A stretch of DNA of 64,000 nucleotides, from assembly GCA_021613535.1 (NCBI GenBank), contig CP075496.1, positions 9,052,001 through 9,116,000 of the forward strand, in the 5' to 3' direction. This DNA is from Adineta vaga (taxonomy: Eukaryota > Animalia > Rotifera). Position 1 is the first letter of the stretch; the number at the start of each line of letters is the position of its first letter. Positions 45,454 through 57,725 of the stretch are shown here, piece after piece. Position numbers and translations under genes: made by a program. The notes below the pieces were generated by a model. That model made no database searches and had not been told where the DNA came from. It saw only the letters and a program-made list of their open reading frames with translations.

Positions 45454-46473
45454 TCAATCTAATACTACAACATTTAGTTCGACATGATCTCTTGCAATAT
45501 TTTCTTCTTCTCGTATTACGATTGCATCTTTTCCAAATATCTTGTAGATCATTCGTTTCACTTCAATTCGAAAAGCTTTAGATACGATTAAAAATATAAG
45601 ACAACTAACACAAAACGGTATATGATGCAAAAAAGAGAGAAAATTAACTATGAAATTTTCAATAGTTGCTTCTAATGATGTTCGTGCTTGAGTGTTTGTT
45701 GCTGCATCATAAACATAATATACATTGAGAAAAATACTAAATATAATATAAACAATCTTATGAACAAAAAGACATCGAAGTAATTGAAAATCTTTTTTGG
45801 TCATTGTTCGAAGTTGTCTGCGTAATTCACGTGTTGGTATAATACGAATTCGACGAACATTTTTAAATGTTAACATCGCCAATAGAATCATTAGACAACA
45901 TACAATTGAATTAATAACTAATGAAGAATAAGAAACAAAATCAACATAAGTATTTTCAAAATAACAAAGATAGAAACCGGCATAAATTCTATATATATTA
46001 CTTTTAATCAGTACATGAAAAAAGAAGAAAAACCAAAAGCCGACATTTAAACTAATCGAAAAATAAGCTAGACGTCGAGAACTATACAAACGTGTATCGA
46101 CATTTTGTGAAGAAATTAATAGACGATCAATTGAACCAAGAATAAGAATTGTAGGGAAAAGTGTCGAAAAAAAGAATCCAATATACATATAAAATTTACA
46201 TAAAATAACATTGCCATTTTGTAAACTAATATTAAAACCATTAATAAATATTGTTGAAATCATATATGAATTAATATAACATGTATTGAAAAACAAACAA
46301 ATAAGAAAATAAAATACACAAACATTTTTTTTCCAAGATTTTTTCAAGAATATTACGGCACTTAATATATTACCAATATTACCCAGAATACACAATATAG
46401 GAATGGCATAACGATAAATATAAACAGTTGTTGTATTCAGATTATTAATATGATACCTATCGGATGAACTCAT
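45454..46473 (-). CDS. Rhodopsin-like 7TM GPCR, intronless
   Basis: LGNIGNILS..IF.KKSWKKNVCVFY, LCKF, SIDRLLISS, KKDFQLLRCL, SKAFR. Confidence 0.88.
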   Translation of the reverse strand: MSSSDRYHINNLNTTTVYIYRYAIPILCILGNIGNILSAVIFLKKSWKKNVCVFYFLICLFFNTCYINSYMISTIFINGFNISLQNGNVILCKFYMYIGFFFSTLFPTILILGSIDRLLISSQNVDTRLYSSRRLAYFSISLNVGFWFFFFFHVLIKSNIYRIYAGFYLCYFENTYVDFVSYSSLVINSIVCCLMILLAMLTFKNVRRIRIIPTRELRRQLRTMTKKDFQLLRCLFVHKIVYIIFSIFLNVYYVYDAATNTQARTSLEATIENFIVNFLSFLHHIPFCVSCLIFLIVSKAFRIEVKRMIYKIFGKDAIVIREEENIARDHVELNVVVLD

Positions 46474-47336
46474 CTCTATAGAATGAAAGTTAATGGTTCG
46501 AAATAATATCTATTACGCGGAAGTAATGTATGTGTTTTTGATAAAAGTAATTATTCTTTGAGAATAATTTATTATTAGGAAATAATGTCCTTAAAGGATA
46601 AATTTATTTTGAGAATGCCTGGAACAGCACTAGAACTTATCTCATAAAAAAATTACCAACTATTTGAATAACAGTATAGAATTAGTTGTGAAAGATTTTA
46701 TTTACTAAAAATAATATAATACGCAACAAATTATGGAAAAGAGCAGATATCGTATGACGACGTATGTAAAAGATAATTAGTAATTGTAGATCATGGAAAA
46801 AATAGTATTTAAACCAGAGAAGTTATTTTCAGATACCGGTATTCAAATCTGCTTTTGATGTCTAAAAAAGAACTATATTTCTTTTGAACTTATTTTATGA
46901 GATAGAAATTGAAAGTCATACATAAAATTGAAAAATTTCATAAGATATTCATTTCTTTCGAAAATATCAATGCGATAAATGACAGTGAAGTTTCATGATG
47001 ATTTATAAACATCATCCTGAACATTCATTTAATCTATATGAGACTATTCGTACTCAGTTTCAACATGAATCTCTTCTAATTCTTTCCAATAAGTGAAAGT
47101 TTTGTTTTCAAGCTTATTTACATATACTGAGAATCAACTTCTAAGGACATCGTATGTAAGTTGATATAGTCTACGCGAAGTTTTTTTTTTAAAGATAACA
47201 CTTATAAGAAAAAAAAAGAAAAACGTCAATTGTGATAACGAACAGTAAACGTCACAGAATGAGATAATGATATATTTAAAAGTTATATACCTTAATATTT
47301 GTTGTTAACACTCAACTAGAATAAGTTTACACCCAG

Positions 47337-48197
47337 ATGCTTACAAAACTTTTTTATGGGTTGCTACTCTTGCTAAGTAGTTCTGTTTATGTTGATTCAT
47401 TACAATGCTACCGATGTACTGAAGAATATAAGTCTCCGTTTAATTTAACGATCACTGCTGAAAATTTTCCTTCTTTCGGGCCCACATGCAATTTAACTGA
47501 AGCTAAACATCAATGTTTTAGTAAGATCTTCGTTTTTCTTAATAATAATGTAACAACACAGACGATTATATCGTACGGGTTTGATCCGATGAGTGACACT
47601 GATCCAACTATAATTAGTCCTGGTCACTATGTACGTTTAGGTGTTTCACGACAATTGATTGAAGTCACTTGGTTGAAGTCTATTCAATACAACTGTATAG
47701 AGGATGGATGTAATTCGGCAGATAATATGAAACGTGTACTCAAATCAACCACTCATTTAACACACGATTTTGAAAAACTTGATTCTTTGATCGCACCCAT
47801 ACCAAATTTTAATTCATCATCATGTGTTGATATGTCTTATATGCCTACAATTCCATGTGAACCATCTGTACCTGCAAATAAATGTGGACAATGTAAATTA
47901 ATGTTCTATACTGTTCATAATGAAACATGTGCTCGATGTGTTGAATTCTCTTCCGGATATGCTAATTCAGTTACTCGTCATACTATCTTTCGCTTGTCTG
48001 ATCGTTCACAATCCGATCAATTTGATATGCAATGTAGTGTTCAAAACTGTAATTCACCATCGAATGCTGATCGTATTATAGAGACAAGTACTTTAATTTT
48101 TGATGTTAACGAATTTCTTGGATCGAAAGCAGTTTCATCTTCTTTTTCTTCTTATATATATCTTTTCATATTGATTTCATTTTTAAATAAAATCTAA
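47337..48197 (+). CDS. Cys-rich cell-surface protein, Ly6/uPAR (three-finger)-like tandem domains, likely GPI-anchored
   Basis: Signal peptide, LQCYRC start, two C....CNS endings (CIEDGCNS, CSVQNCNS), Ser-rich spacer and hydrophobic C-terminal tail. Confidence 0.72.
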   Translation: MLTKLFYGLLLLLSSSVYVDSLQCYRCTEEYKSPFNLTITAENFPSFGPTCNLTEAKHQCFSKIFVFLNNNVTTQTIISYGFDPMSDTDPTIISPGHYVRLGVSRQLIEVTWLKSIQYNCIEDGCNSADNMKRVLKSTTHLTHDFEKLDSLIAPIPNFNSSSCVDMSYMPTIPCEPSVPANKCGQCKLMFYTVHNETCARCVEFSSGYANSVTRHTIFRLSDRSQSDQFDMQCSVQNCNSPSNADRIIETSTLIFDVNEFLGSKAVSSSFSSYIYLFILISFLNKI

Positions 48198-48480
48198 ACA
48201 GATGAGTGATTGGTGATTTATGTTACCCATTAATAATAAAGTTTGACTACAAAATTTTTGAATTCTATGCACTTTGTGCATGTCCATCACATCCACCGTT
48301 TATTTTAATCAAAAGTCATGTAATAAAGACAAAAAAAAACAGGAGAAAAAGTGATTATCAATGTCATTAAATTCCATAAAATTTTCATTATATTTCAAAA
48401 AGTTGTATCTTGATTCTTTTGTCATATGCAGGGAAATCATAAATGTTTTATTAAATTACATTCGGTCATTGTTAGTACTG

Positions 48481-49482
48481 TCACGGTTGAATATAAACGA
48501 TAGAACGTTGATAAATTTTAAATAATTCTTTGGTGAACGTTGGAGATGAAAGAATGAAAATGAAGAAAGATGCCAATAGTGGAATTAAATAGATCGAGTA
48601 TGCAACTAGATATATTGTATTTTGCCATGATTGTGTAATACAATTCAAACTAAATGTAACAATAAGATAGGGAATCGTGAAGATAACAAGAGTATATGGA
48701 ATAACGATGTTGCCTTTATATAAATTTACTACATCTTTGAAGATAAACCAATATCTTCCATTTTGTTTTGAAACTATTTTAGCTTTGATAAGAATTAGGA
48801 GCATAATAATGGGTGAAATAAGATTGAGAAGAAATGGTAAGACGAGATGCATGATATTAATTCTAGTTTCAAAACTATTAAATAAATAATTATGAAAATA
48901 AGGAGAACACCAAGAACGAGTCGGTATATATGGATCAATAAGTAATTGACGTTGAAATGGTACATAGAGACCTGTAAGTAGATGATAGATAATCAGTATT
49001 GGAACGATTAAATTGGCCGTATGTTGACTGCTTCCTTCATTGAAATATAAATGTTTTTGTGCGACAACAGCTTGTTCAATAAATACACATGCTGTTAATG
49101 AATAGTATAGAGCAGGAAGAACTGATATTAGATAATCAAGAATGAAACAATCAATAAAACCACTACTTTGTCTACTAATGAGCAGAAATAAACGAAGAGC
49201 AAATATTATTGTTCCACATTGTCCAATAATGGTAATCCATAATCTATAAATTCGATTTCCTCTTCCTTGTGATGCTTGACAAAATGTTATGATAGCTAAA
49301 ATGTTGCATATTGTTCCCAATACAAATAGAACAGCCATACAACTCATAACCATGGTTTTATTTGATGAAAAAGATACATCGAAAAACGTTTCGATCGAAA
49401 TACTATAGTGTGACGTAGTAAACTGACAGATCGATCCATAGAAGCATGAAGGACAAATTTTTGTAGAATTCATACTGTACAC
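48481..49482 (-). CDS. 7TM GPCR with a vestigial EGF-like N-terminus
   Basis: ICPSCFYGSICQFTT EGF tail, TACVFIEQA, HLVLPFLLNLIS, FFIFILSSPTF. Confidence 0.8.
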   Translation of the reverse strand: MYSMNSTKICPSCFYGSICQFTTSHYSISIETFFDVSFSSNKTMVMSCMAVLFVLGTICNILAIITFCQASQGRGNRIYRLWITIIGQCGTIIFALRLFLLISRQSSGFIDCFILDYLISVLPALYYSLTACVFIEQAVVAQKHLYFNEGSSQHTANLIVPILIIYHLLTGLYVPFQRQLLIDPYIPTRSWCSPYFHNYLFNSFETRINIMHLVLPFLLNLISPIIMLLILIKAKIVSKQNGRYWFIFKDVVNLYKGNIVIPYTLVIFTIPYLIVTFSLNCITQSWQNTIYLVAYSIYLIPLLASFFIFILSSPTFTKELFKIYQRSIVYIQP

Positions 49483-49995
49483 TTCAAATGTTTGTTAACT
49501 AAGAAGAAACAAAATTACTATTATATAATGACTATCAATATCGAACGTCTGTTATTCAAAATGATCTCATTAATCAGATAAACGGCATTATATAACAGAC
49601 GTTTATATAAAAAAAAAGAAACTTTTTTTTACCAAGAGAAAAATAATTTTATAAAATTTTACTTTTACCTATTTACTTACTGTGTGAAAACGACGAAAAA
49701 TCATTATCCATTAAAATCTATACCTTTTTATGAATGAAAAAAATTTATGATTCTCTCTGCCTTTTTCTTTTCGTATTTCACTTTTACGTTCTGTTCTTAC
49801 GAGTAATCTACTTAAACGTTTTTCCTCTTCTAAACGATATTCATATAATAATCGATGCATGTTTGTACCCTTCAGGTAACACGTGTTCAGTTCAAGAGAT
49901 GATAGATGAAGAACAGTTATAAATCAAGCAAAATCTTTTTATTTCTTTAAAATTTAGGGCTAGATTATTCTCGTTATACAGATTTATGCTCATAT

Positions 49996-50635
49996 TTAAG
50001 CATTTTGAAAACGTGCAAGAGGAAAATTGGGTCCAGGACATGTACGACCAACATTGAATTGATCATGAGTATAGATATTAATGCCTCGATAACGACGTTT
50101 AATATCGCCTACTAAGCGAACACCGGCAGCAAGTTGAACTTCGGGCATAATATTATTATTTTGTGTATTACGAACAAATTCAATTCCTATACACCATAAA
50201 TTTGGATTTGGACGACCATAAAATGCTGAATTCGTTGTTACTACACCTAAAATACAAAGACTTCTATTTGTTTCACTCAAGAATTGATATTTACCGTTAT
50301 GCCATGCCGTATCATCTTCACTAACCATTTGTACGACTGTTCCATCTTGTTCGACAACATAATGTGCAGATACTTTACTAGATGGATTTTGAAACCATGA
50401 AACTGTACCACCACCAGCAGTACCATGAAGTGTCAAACCTTTTGAATACATTTGAAAAAACAAAATTATATTTAAGAAAAAGAAACACACGAATGAATTA
50501 TTCACATGTAATAGCTTGTCCTGAACGACCACGATTAAAATGTGGAGATGATACTTGTTTAGCTGGAAGATAATCGATTGTCCACGAATGGATATAGCCG
50601 ACAGCAATACACAACAATAATGCAATAGATCTCAT
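49996..50635 (-). CDS. Secreted N-acetylmuramoyl-L-alanine amidase (Amidase_2, AmpD/T7-lysozyme type), 3 exons
   Basis: Exons 50635-50506, 50438-50295 and 50246-49996 splice to MRSIALLLCIAVG...SPHFNRGR...CLTLHGTAG...VSAHYVV...GTVVQMVSEDDTAWHNG...NLWCIGIEF...YTHD....TCPG, with His/His/Cys Zn ligands and catalytic Glu. Confidence 0.92.
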
Positions 50636-50987
50636 GATGAAATTCTCTAAAATATAGGTTAACAAGAATTATAACCTATGTTTAAAAAAAAACTTCATCT
50701 TACCGTTTGATTTTATATTCTATTTCTTTTATATAAAACAATCAATGATTGTGTGACAGTTTATAAAGGTATATTTTCATTTCAAAGAATGAGAAATTAA
50801 TCCGAATAAATCTATCTTTCTCATTTATTTTCTAAATCGTAAGTATTTAATATTGATAACGATAGATTTGATTTCTATTTCGTTGATAGAATATCAAAAA
50901 TGACATACATTTCTTAACCATATTTACACCGAACTATTCTTTATTTTTTTATTCGACTATATTTCAATTTTCATATAATTATACGAA

Positions 50988-52010
50988 TTAACAAAAAACT
51001 CTCATCAAAGTCCATTCTATACATGATCTATCATCACTATTAACTTCATGATAAAGAAATCGATAACCATTTTTCCACAATTGATTAAACACTTGTTGAT
51101 GTAATATAGCATGATAGATATCACGTGACCACCAATGAGATTCAAAAGAAATTTGAAATGGTAAAGTAAATTCCTGTGCAGAATTAAACATATCAGCAAA
51201 GACAGAATATTCAGCTCCTTCAATATCCATTTTAAGTACATGCACATATGTATGATTATTCTCGTTCATTATTTGACTAAATCGTTTAAAAATATTAGTT
51301 TGATTTTCTTTCTGTTCTATTCTACCATTATTCGGATACATATATTGTTGTAAATTTGTTTTTTCACCCATACATACTTGATGAAATTGAACACCTTCAA
51401 TTGGTTTTTTTGGAGGCATACTTGTACAATCATATGTGTGAACTTGACAGTATGTTCGTTTTGCTATCGATTCTTCAAATTCAAAATTATTATTCGAACC
51501 TAAACTGTATACAATACAACCGACTGATGATGGAAGACTTGCAAGTCCACATAGAACTTTTCCGGTATCTACAGATTTTCCATAACGTACTAAACCATAT
51601 TTATTTGGACAAGGTAAATGAGTTGTTTGTGGATAAGCCATATGTACGATCTGTTCTCGATTAGTATTAGGAGACAGAGCGACTTTTGTCAGAATATCAT
51701 ATACGTTTTGTAATTGTTTTGAAAACCATTCATACCAAATATTTTCCATATAGAAGACAGTTTTTCTATCATAGGCAGCTAAGAATGGATTGGAAGAACA
51801 CCATTTTAATCCTGGGGATAGTGGTGTATGTAAATAATCTGATATGTTGTTTAATACTTGTGATGCTTGTTGAAAATGAACAGTATCATATCGTATCGAA
51901 TAAGGTTGTTCGACGATCCATGGAGAAATATATTTTAAGATAATAAAAGTATATGCAGACAATAATAATGCAACGAATACTACAACTGTGTGCTTAGATA
52001 TCATGATCAT
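50988..52010 (-). CDS. METTL24/Methyltransf_22 (FkbM-related) type II membrane methyltransferase-like protein
   Basis: N-terminal TM; GK.LCG, CIVYSLGSNNNFEFE, C.VHTYDCT, VLKMDIEGAEY, QISFESH. Confidence 0.85.
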   Translation of the reverse strand: MIMISKHTVVVFVALLLSAYTFIILKYISPWIVEQPYSIRYDTVHFQQASQVLNNISDYLHTPLSPGLKWCSSNPFLAAYDRKTVFYMENIWYEWFSKQLQNVYDILTKVALSPNTNREQIVHMAYPQTTHLPCPNKYGLVRYGKSVDTGKVLCGLASLPSSVGCIVYSLGSNNNFEFEESIAKRTYCQVHTYDCTSMPPKKPIEGVQFHQVCMGEKTNLQQYMYPNNGRIEQKENQTNIFKRFSQIMNENNHTYVHVLKMDIEGAEYSVFADMFNSAQEFTLPFQISFESHWWSRDIYHAILHQQVFNQLWKNGYRFLYHEVNSDDRSCIEWTLMRVFC

Positions 52011-53662
52011 CTTTTTGAAACGTATTTAATATTGTAAAAAATAGTATCGTGTCCAGAAAGAATTAGATTTCTTTAAATTTGAATTGCTATTCGGAAACGC
52101 ACTAAAAATTTAAAAAAAGAATTGTCTTGTTTAGATAATGTGAATAATACGTATCAAATTTCCAACGTCTCTTATTCGATCGATTGAATAAAAACCTGCT
52201 AATATATATTTGTTTTAGAAAGAAATTAAAGAATTATTTCTTGAGGCAATGAAGAGAGTATGGTGTATAAATTATCGTCATACATATGTATACGGTTACA
52301 GTTCATTGAACAAATCATAAATATAAAACGAAAGAGAAAGGAGAGTAAGAAAGATAAATATCTTCTCGATCACTATTCGTTACAAAGAGTGCTTAGAAAA
52401 AAACTGAGAGGAAAAATGTCGAAACGAGAAATGACGGAGAAAAATATTGAAAGGAAAAATGTAGCAATGAAAAAGGACGAAAGAACAAATGTTGAAAAGA
52501 ATATTAAGAAAGGGAACATACTGGATGATTAAGATCTATGAATAGGAAATAATCTGTATTGAGTATGGATATAAGGAAGATCAGTTAGCTGTTTAATCAC
52601 ACCCACACCCTCTTTTTTTTTTGAGAAAATATTTCGTTGATCTAGTTTTTCCTTTTTCTTTTGCAAAAACTTAAACATCGCCAAATAGATGTCTGGCAAA
52701 TGCGAAGTAGTGATGTGAACAAGAAAATTTAGAATAAAATCAAAGAAAAGAGGAAAGAAAAACAGAGGAAAAAGAGGAAGTGGGAACCAAATGTATGCCG
52801 TTTGAACAAATAAACAAGTTTGACGACACACTGATCAAACTAAAATTCTTTTCTCTCTTATCCTTAGTGACCTGTGATAAATTAATCATTCTTTTTTCTT
52901 CTCGACATTTTTTCTTTCTACATTTTATCTTTTCTTTCTTCGGCAATTAGATATGGAATATTTTTCCTTTCGGTCTTTTCCCATCACACCGTTGCGAACA
53001 CGTTGTCAAAAGCAAGAGTTAAAAAACGTTTCTTTGTATTATAAATCCCCGATGATAATATCTATACATAATAATTGCAATATTAATAAATACTTGCCTT
53101 TGATACTTGATTCGAGATAATAAATTGTAAAAACGATTTCAAAAGATATATTTTTTGAGAAATAAACTTTCATGTTTTGTACTAAATTCTTTGGTCCTGT
53201 TGTAAATTGATGTGTGATAAAATATTAAACGAGAGATATTCTCATTTCAATTAGATAAAGCTACTTTGTATTTCTTAAAATGTACATTCAGATATTTTTT
53301 GGGATAAAATCTTTTATTTCTATGTTGTTCTATGTGGAGAGATTAAATACAATGTAACCATCGAAAAAGAATAACAAACGGTGAAGAACGAGAAAAAAAT
53401 CAACAGAAAAAAATGTGTTATATAGAGACAAAACATGTGAAGAGAGGAGAAGGTAAAAAGAAAAAGGAAAAAAACGAACTAAAATAGAACAAATAGATCA
53501 TACAGTGCAGCAAAAGTGTTTGAACCATTTGCTCATATAGAGTATCTTTTTCATTCTTCTTTCACATTATATTTTTTTCGATATTTAGATCATCTTTCTC
53601 TTTCATTGTGAATCTATAGTGTATAAATAAAAATAACATTTGATTATTAACGATTCTCACAC

Positions 53663-54293
53663 ATGGCTACCAACAATAATACGGATGCTTTCAAAGGAAC
53701 TTGGGATTTTGTATGTAAACTATTTCAACTAAATTAATCATAATTATTTATCACAAATCATGTGTTTTTTTGTAAATTTTTGTTCTCAAGGTTGATGTGG
53801 TGATGATAGCGAAGAATATTTGAAAGAGTTAGGTGTTGGAAAGATGGGACGAATGATGGCTAAAACAGTTAAACCAAGACTTGTTATCAGTGAAAATGGT
53901 GGAAAATGGTCAGTGCGAACAGAAACAACTCTCAAAACAACGACTATCGATTTTACACCCAATGTTGAATATGAAGAAGTCACAGGAGATGGTCGCCATC
54001 TCAAAGTATAACATCATATCATGATACCGGTATGAATTTAGTAGAGATGTTTTCATTTTTTATTTCATAGGGAAGTATTCGATTCGAAAATAGTAAATGG
54101 ATACAAAAAATGCATGATAAAAATGGAAAAGAAAATGTGACAACACGCTGGGTTGATGACAAAGATCAACTACAAACAGTAACATACTTTTTGAATTTTC
54201 TCATGAATCGTCTCATTCATTTATAATTTTATTTTCTAGGTTTCTGAATGTGGAAAAGCGAAAGTTCATAAATTTTATAAACGTGTAAAATAG
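53663..54293 (+). CDS. FABP: Fatty acid-binding protein (FABP/calycin), 4 exons; apparent frameshift at ~53797
   Basis: FKGTWDF | ...EEYLKELGVG...RMMAKTVKP.L.IS...W.VRTETTLKTT.I.F....EYEEVTGDGR | GSIRFE..KW.Q | ...YKRVK*. Exons 53663-53710, 53791-54006, 54071-54178, 54240-54293. Confidence 0.9.
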
Positions 54294-54539
54294 AAGAAGA
54301 CTTTCATTTCTAACATACATGAAATACACTTTTTTTGTTATTTACTCAAGTTAAAATTATCATCATTCAAACTATAGGATAGGACGTATCATTCAGTAGA
54401 ATCTATATTTCTAAATGTTACACTTCATCTCACGTTTGTGTTGTTGTATAAAAATAAAGAAAGTCTCATTGACATTTGAAAGATTTCTTTTTAGTAGAAA
54501 ACACGCTCTGATATAACAATTATGACATTAAATAAGTGA

Positions 54540-55821
54540 CTAATAGAATCCACGACGATAATATCGATGAGGTATAACAAGTTGTTGTTGAGGTCCTCTC
54601 ATCATAGCATATGGAGATGCAGATCGATGTCGATGTGGAGGGATAACTGGTGTAACACCATAACGACCCATTCGTGATATTTGACCCATCGTTCTCCGAT
54701 TATCTTCATCACGAGATAGAAAATAATATACTATAGCTTGTTGCATTTCTTCAATTCGATTTGCTCCTAAATGTAAACCAAATCGACGTTTGTTTGTCAA
54801 ATAAATCACACCTGATTGTTCATCTCTCATCAGATCTTTCGTCGGAGAAAAGTCATAATGAGATAAGATTAACCTTTCAATATGAATAATAAATAAACCA
54901 ACATTCAACAATACAATCTTTAGATTCTCTCTTACCATCGTGCAATATGATTTCGAATGTTTCGACTTCCATTCCCTCGATGATAAACATTCACATCAAC
55001 ATATCCAACATTTACACCACCACCAGCAACATGAGCAACACGATCACCCCAATCAGTTGCTATCTTAGTATAATCTCGATGTAAATTACTTGGAAAGGTT
55101 TCTCTTATTCGACCTAATAAAGCATAAGCAAAATGCAAATCATCTGAACCAACAATACAAAAATCCAGAAGACCACCAATTGCACTAAAAACACTTCGAT
55201 GCATTGCCCAAGCAGAACCTGCTTGAAAATATCCACGAGAAGGATGCTGTTGAATAAATCTACTACGACGAATAACATATCCAATTGAAAAGTTTCTTTT
55301 CAAGATTTCATGTTTACCACCTGAACCAGTGATATACGCTGTTTTAAACATTTGAACAATCGGATACCGATCAAGTGCAATCATCGTCAATTGAGGCCAA
55401 TCCAGACGCTAGAAATACAAACAAATCAATGCTAAGAGATGTTTTGCACGAAGAAAATGAAGAAAAAAAAATATTCTACTTCAAATTCCACATCTGCATC
55501 AATCCATGCAATGCGGTCGATATGTGGTGGTAGTTGTTGAACAACAATATTTATCAAATTTTCTTTCATCCAAAGAATTGATGGAGCTATGACTTGAAAA
55601 TGTTGTGGATTATTGGGTCGTGTTACTTCGAATCGTTGTGGTGGTAAACCAAATCGTGTTGCTGATTCAAAAATACATTCGATAGTGAATAAATTGACAC
55701 CAGAACGTGCCATATGATAAGCAAATTGTCGATATCGTTCATAACGAGTTCTATATCGAACAGGATTGAACATAACTGTAATAATACCCAAACGAGATAA
55801 ATAATCACGCTGTCTATACAT
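54540..55821 (-). CDS. GT-A-fold nucleotide-diphospho-sugar transferase-like protein (DxD = WIDAD), 3 exons
   Basis: FNPVRY..RY, ILW.KENLINI, IAWIDADVEF, GSAWA, GGLLD..IVGSDD, YF.SR.ED. Introns ~55410-55479 and 54874-54935 join three track ORFs in frame. Confidence 0.7.
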
Positions 55822-57725
55822 TTTGATGTTATGATGGTAGATAAAAATTTGTCGTTTGAAAAAAAACGTGAAAATAAAATGTTAATGACCATGTTTTTGA
55901 TCATTTTCGTTGCCTCTTAAGAAATATACAAGATATTTTTGTGTTCTTTCTGTACACGACAGTGACAATGACACGGTTGATTGAAGCATGTGAACACACT
56001 AAGTGGAAGATAGATGATAGAAAAAATGTATATTCTACGTAACTTTATTGAAATTATGTAAATTTTTTAATGCACCGTGGTATCATTATAGTTAATATGT
56101 ATGGTCGCTTCATTGAATGTTTTATAAAATGATATAAAGTTGCTGTATTGTCGATGACTATCTAATGTTATAAGATGTCTTTTTAGTACAGCACTTAACA
56201 ATTCGTAAAAATTTGCCTGTGGTAGAAAGCTACATCCCAATAATAGATATACCACGACAAGATAAAGGATACTAATTACAGAATTTCATTGTATTCAAAG
56301 ACGTTTTTAAAAAGAATCGAAAAAATAATTTAATTCAATCTTTAAAGAGCAAATACGTTAACTATAGAAGTTTGGTTTGTTCGTTTTATTTTGACAGTTC
56401 AAAGATATAATGAATAGATATAATATTGGAACTAAACCGTGCTGACTTTATACAGAAGAAAGTTTCATTTATTCGTTGAAATACAGTACGATCTAAACGA
56501 TAAAGATAATACTTACTTATATTACAAAGTCATTGAATTGTTTCATTTACAAAGAAAATTAATATTTATCGTTTGGATATGTTTGTTTAAAATTTCTAAA
56601 ATATGTTCTTTAGTACATGATCGTCGTTTATAATTGTAGAAAACAAAAACAATTCTTTTCAATTTATTTATCCCGTATTTATCGTTCTGTCATGTACAAA
56701 CAGAAAGTTGAACACTCTATAATAATATTCAAATGATATTCCTTTCGAATAATCTATTTTTTGACTTTACAACATTAGTTAAATAGTAATACATTTTGAA
56801 GATATAATTAAAACAAAGTTTTGTAAAAGAATATCTAATTCATTTATTGATCGTAATTTAGAGAATAAAATGAAACTGTAATTGAAATAAAATAAATTAT
56901 TTGTTTTCTGCACAACACCATTTTCTTCCATATAAGTCATAAAACGAGATGAAAACAGAAAAAAGAAAAGAGAAGAGAATGTCAGATGTTGTGAATAATT
57001 ATGAATCAGCAATCCACCATTTCGCTTACATAGCTGCAAGAATTCGAAAAACAAACTCATTGAGAGAGAAAGTGCGTCAGTGAATCGAACCGACGTATTT
57101 CATATCTTCAGCATGTTGTTTACTTTTTCTCTGTTCTCTAATATAATTATATCTTTCGCCGAAGATTTCGTTTTCAAATCTCGATAATATGTTCGATAAG
57201 AAAGAAAAGAGTAAGATTTTTTCGTTTCAATACATTCTCATTGGTATGCGAGTGCAGCCACATCATATTTTTTGATAAATTTATCTTTATATAAGAATGA
57301 ATATATAGTGTCTCTCTTATGAAATGAGTCACACGTGGATAAATACGTTCTGTTCTTTTTTCTTCCAGTGTAGGAAGATTTTTTTTTCATTTCTATAAAG
57401 CTTTCTTGGTTTTTTCCATTTGTTTATGAAGTATTTCACAACATGCTGAGGGTAATTGAGAATTACTGGTAGGAAAAAGTATTTTTTCAGCTAAAATAAA
57501 ATTTTTCTTTCACATTCGAATTCGTCCAGTTGGTTGATAGGTAAATTTGTCTTTATGATTCTTACTTATAAGATTGTTTACGTCGAAATACTAACTGTAT
57601 GTAACATTGATCGAGCTATCATAGAAATTTGTTTCTTGCATCATCTTACTAAGAGAAAAAGAAAAACTTTGAAATAATAATCATTTAATTTTCAGATATA
57701 TCACAATAGTTATTAAGATAAACAA

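Noticed and set aside
52260-53500. Lys/Glu/Arg-rich and Phe-rich short ORFs in alternating purine and pyrimidine tracts
   Set aside because: Explained by low-complexity A/G-rich intergenic sequence between divergent genes; no clear inverted repeat or domain.
57189-57210. Possible upstream first exon of the kinase (ATG...GTAAGA)
   Set aside because: Splicing to the acceptor at ~57695 meets in-frame stops; unsupported without cDNA.
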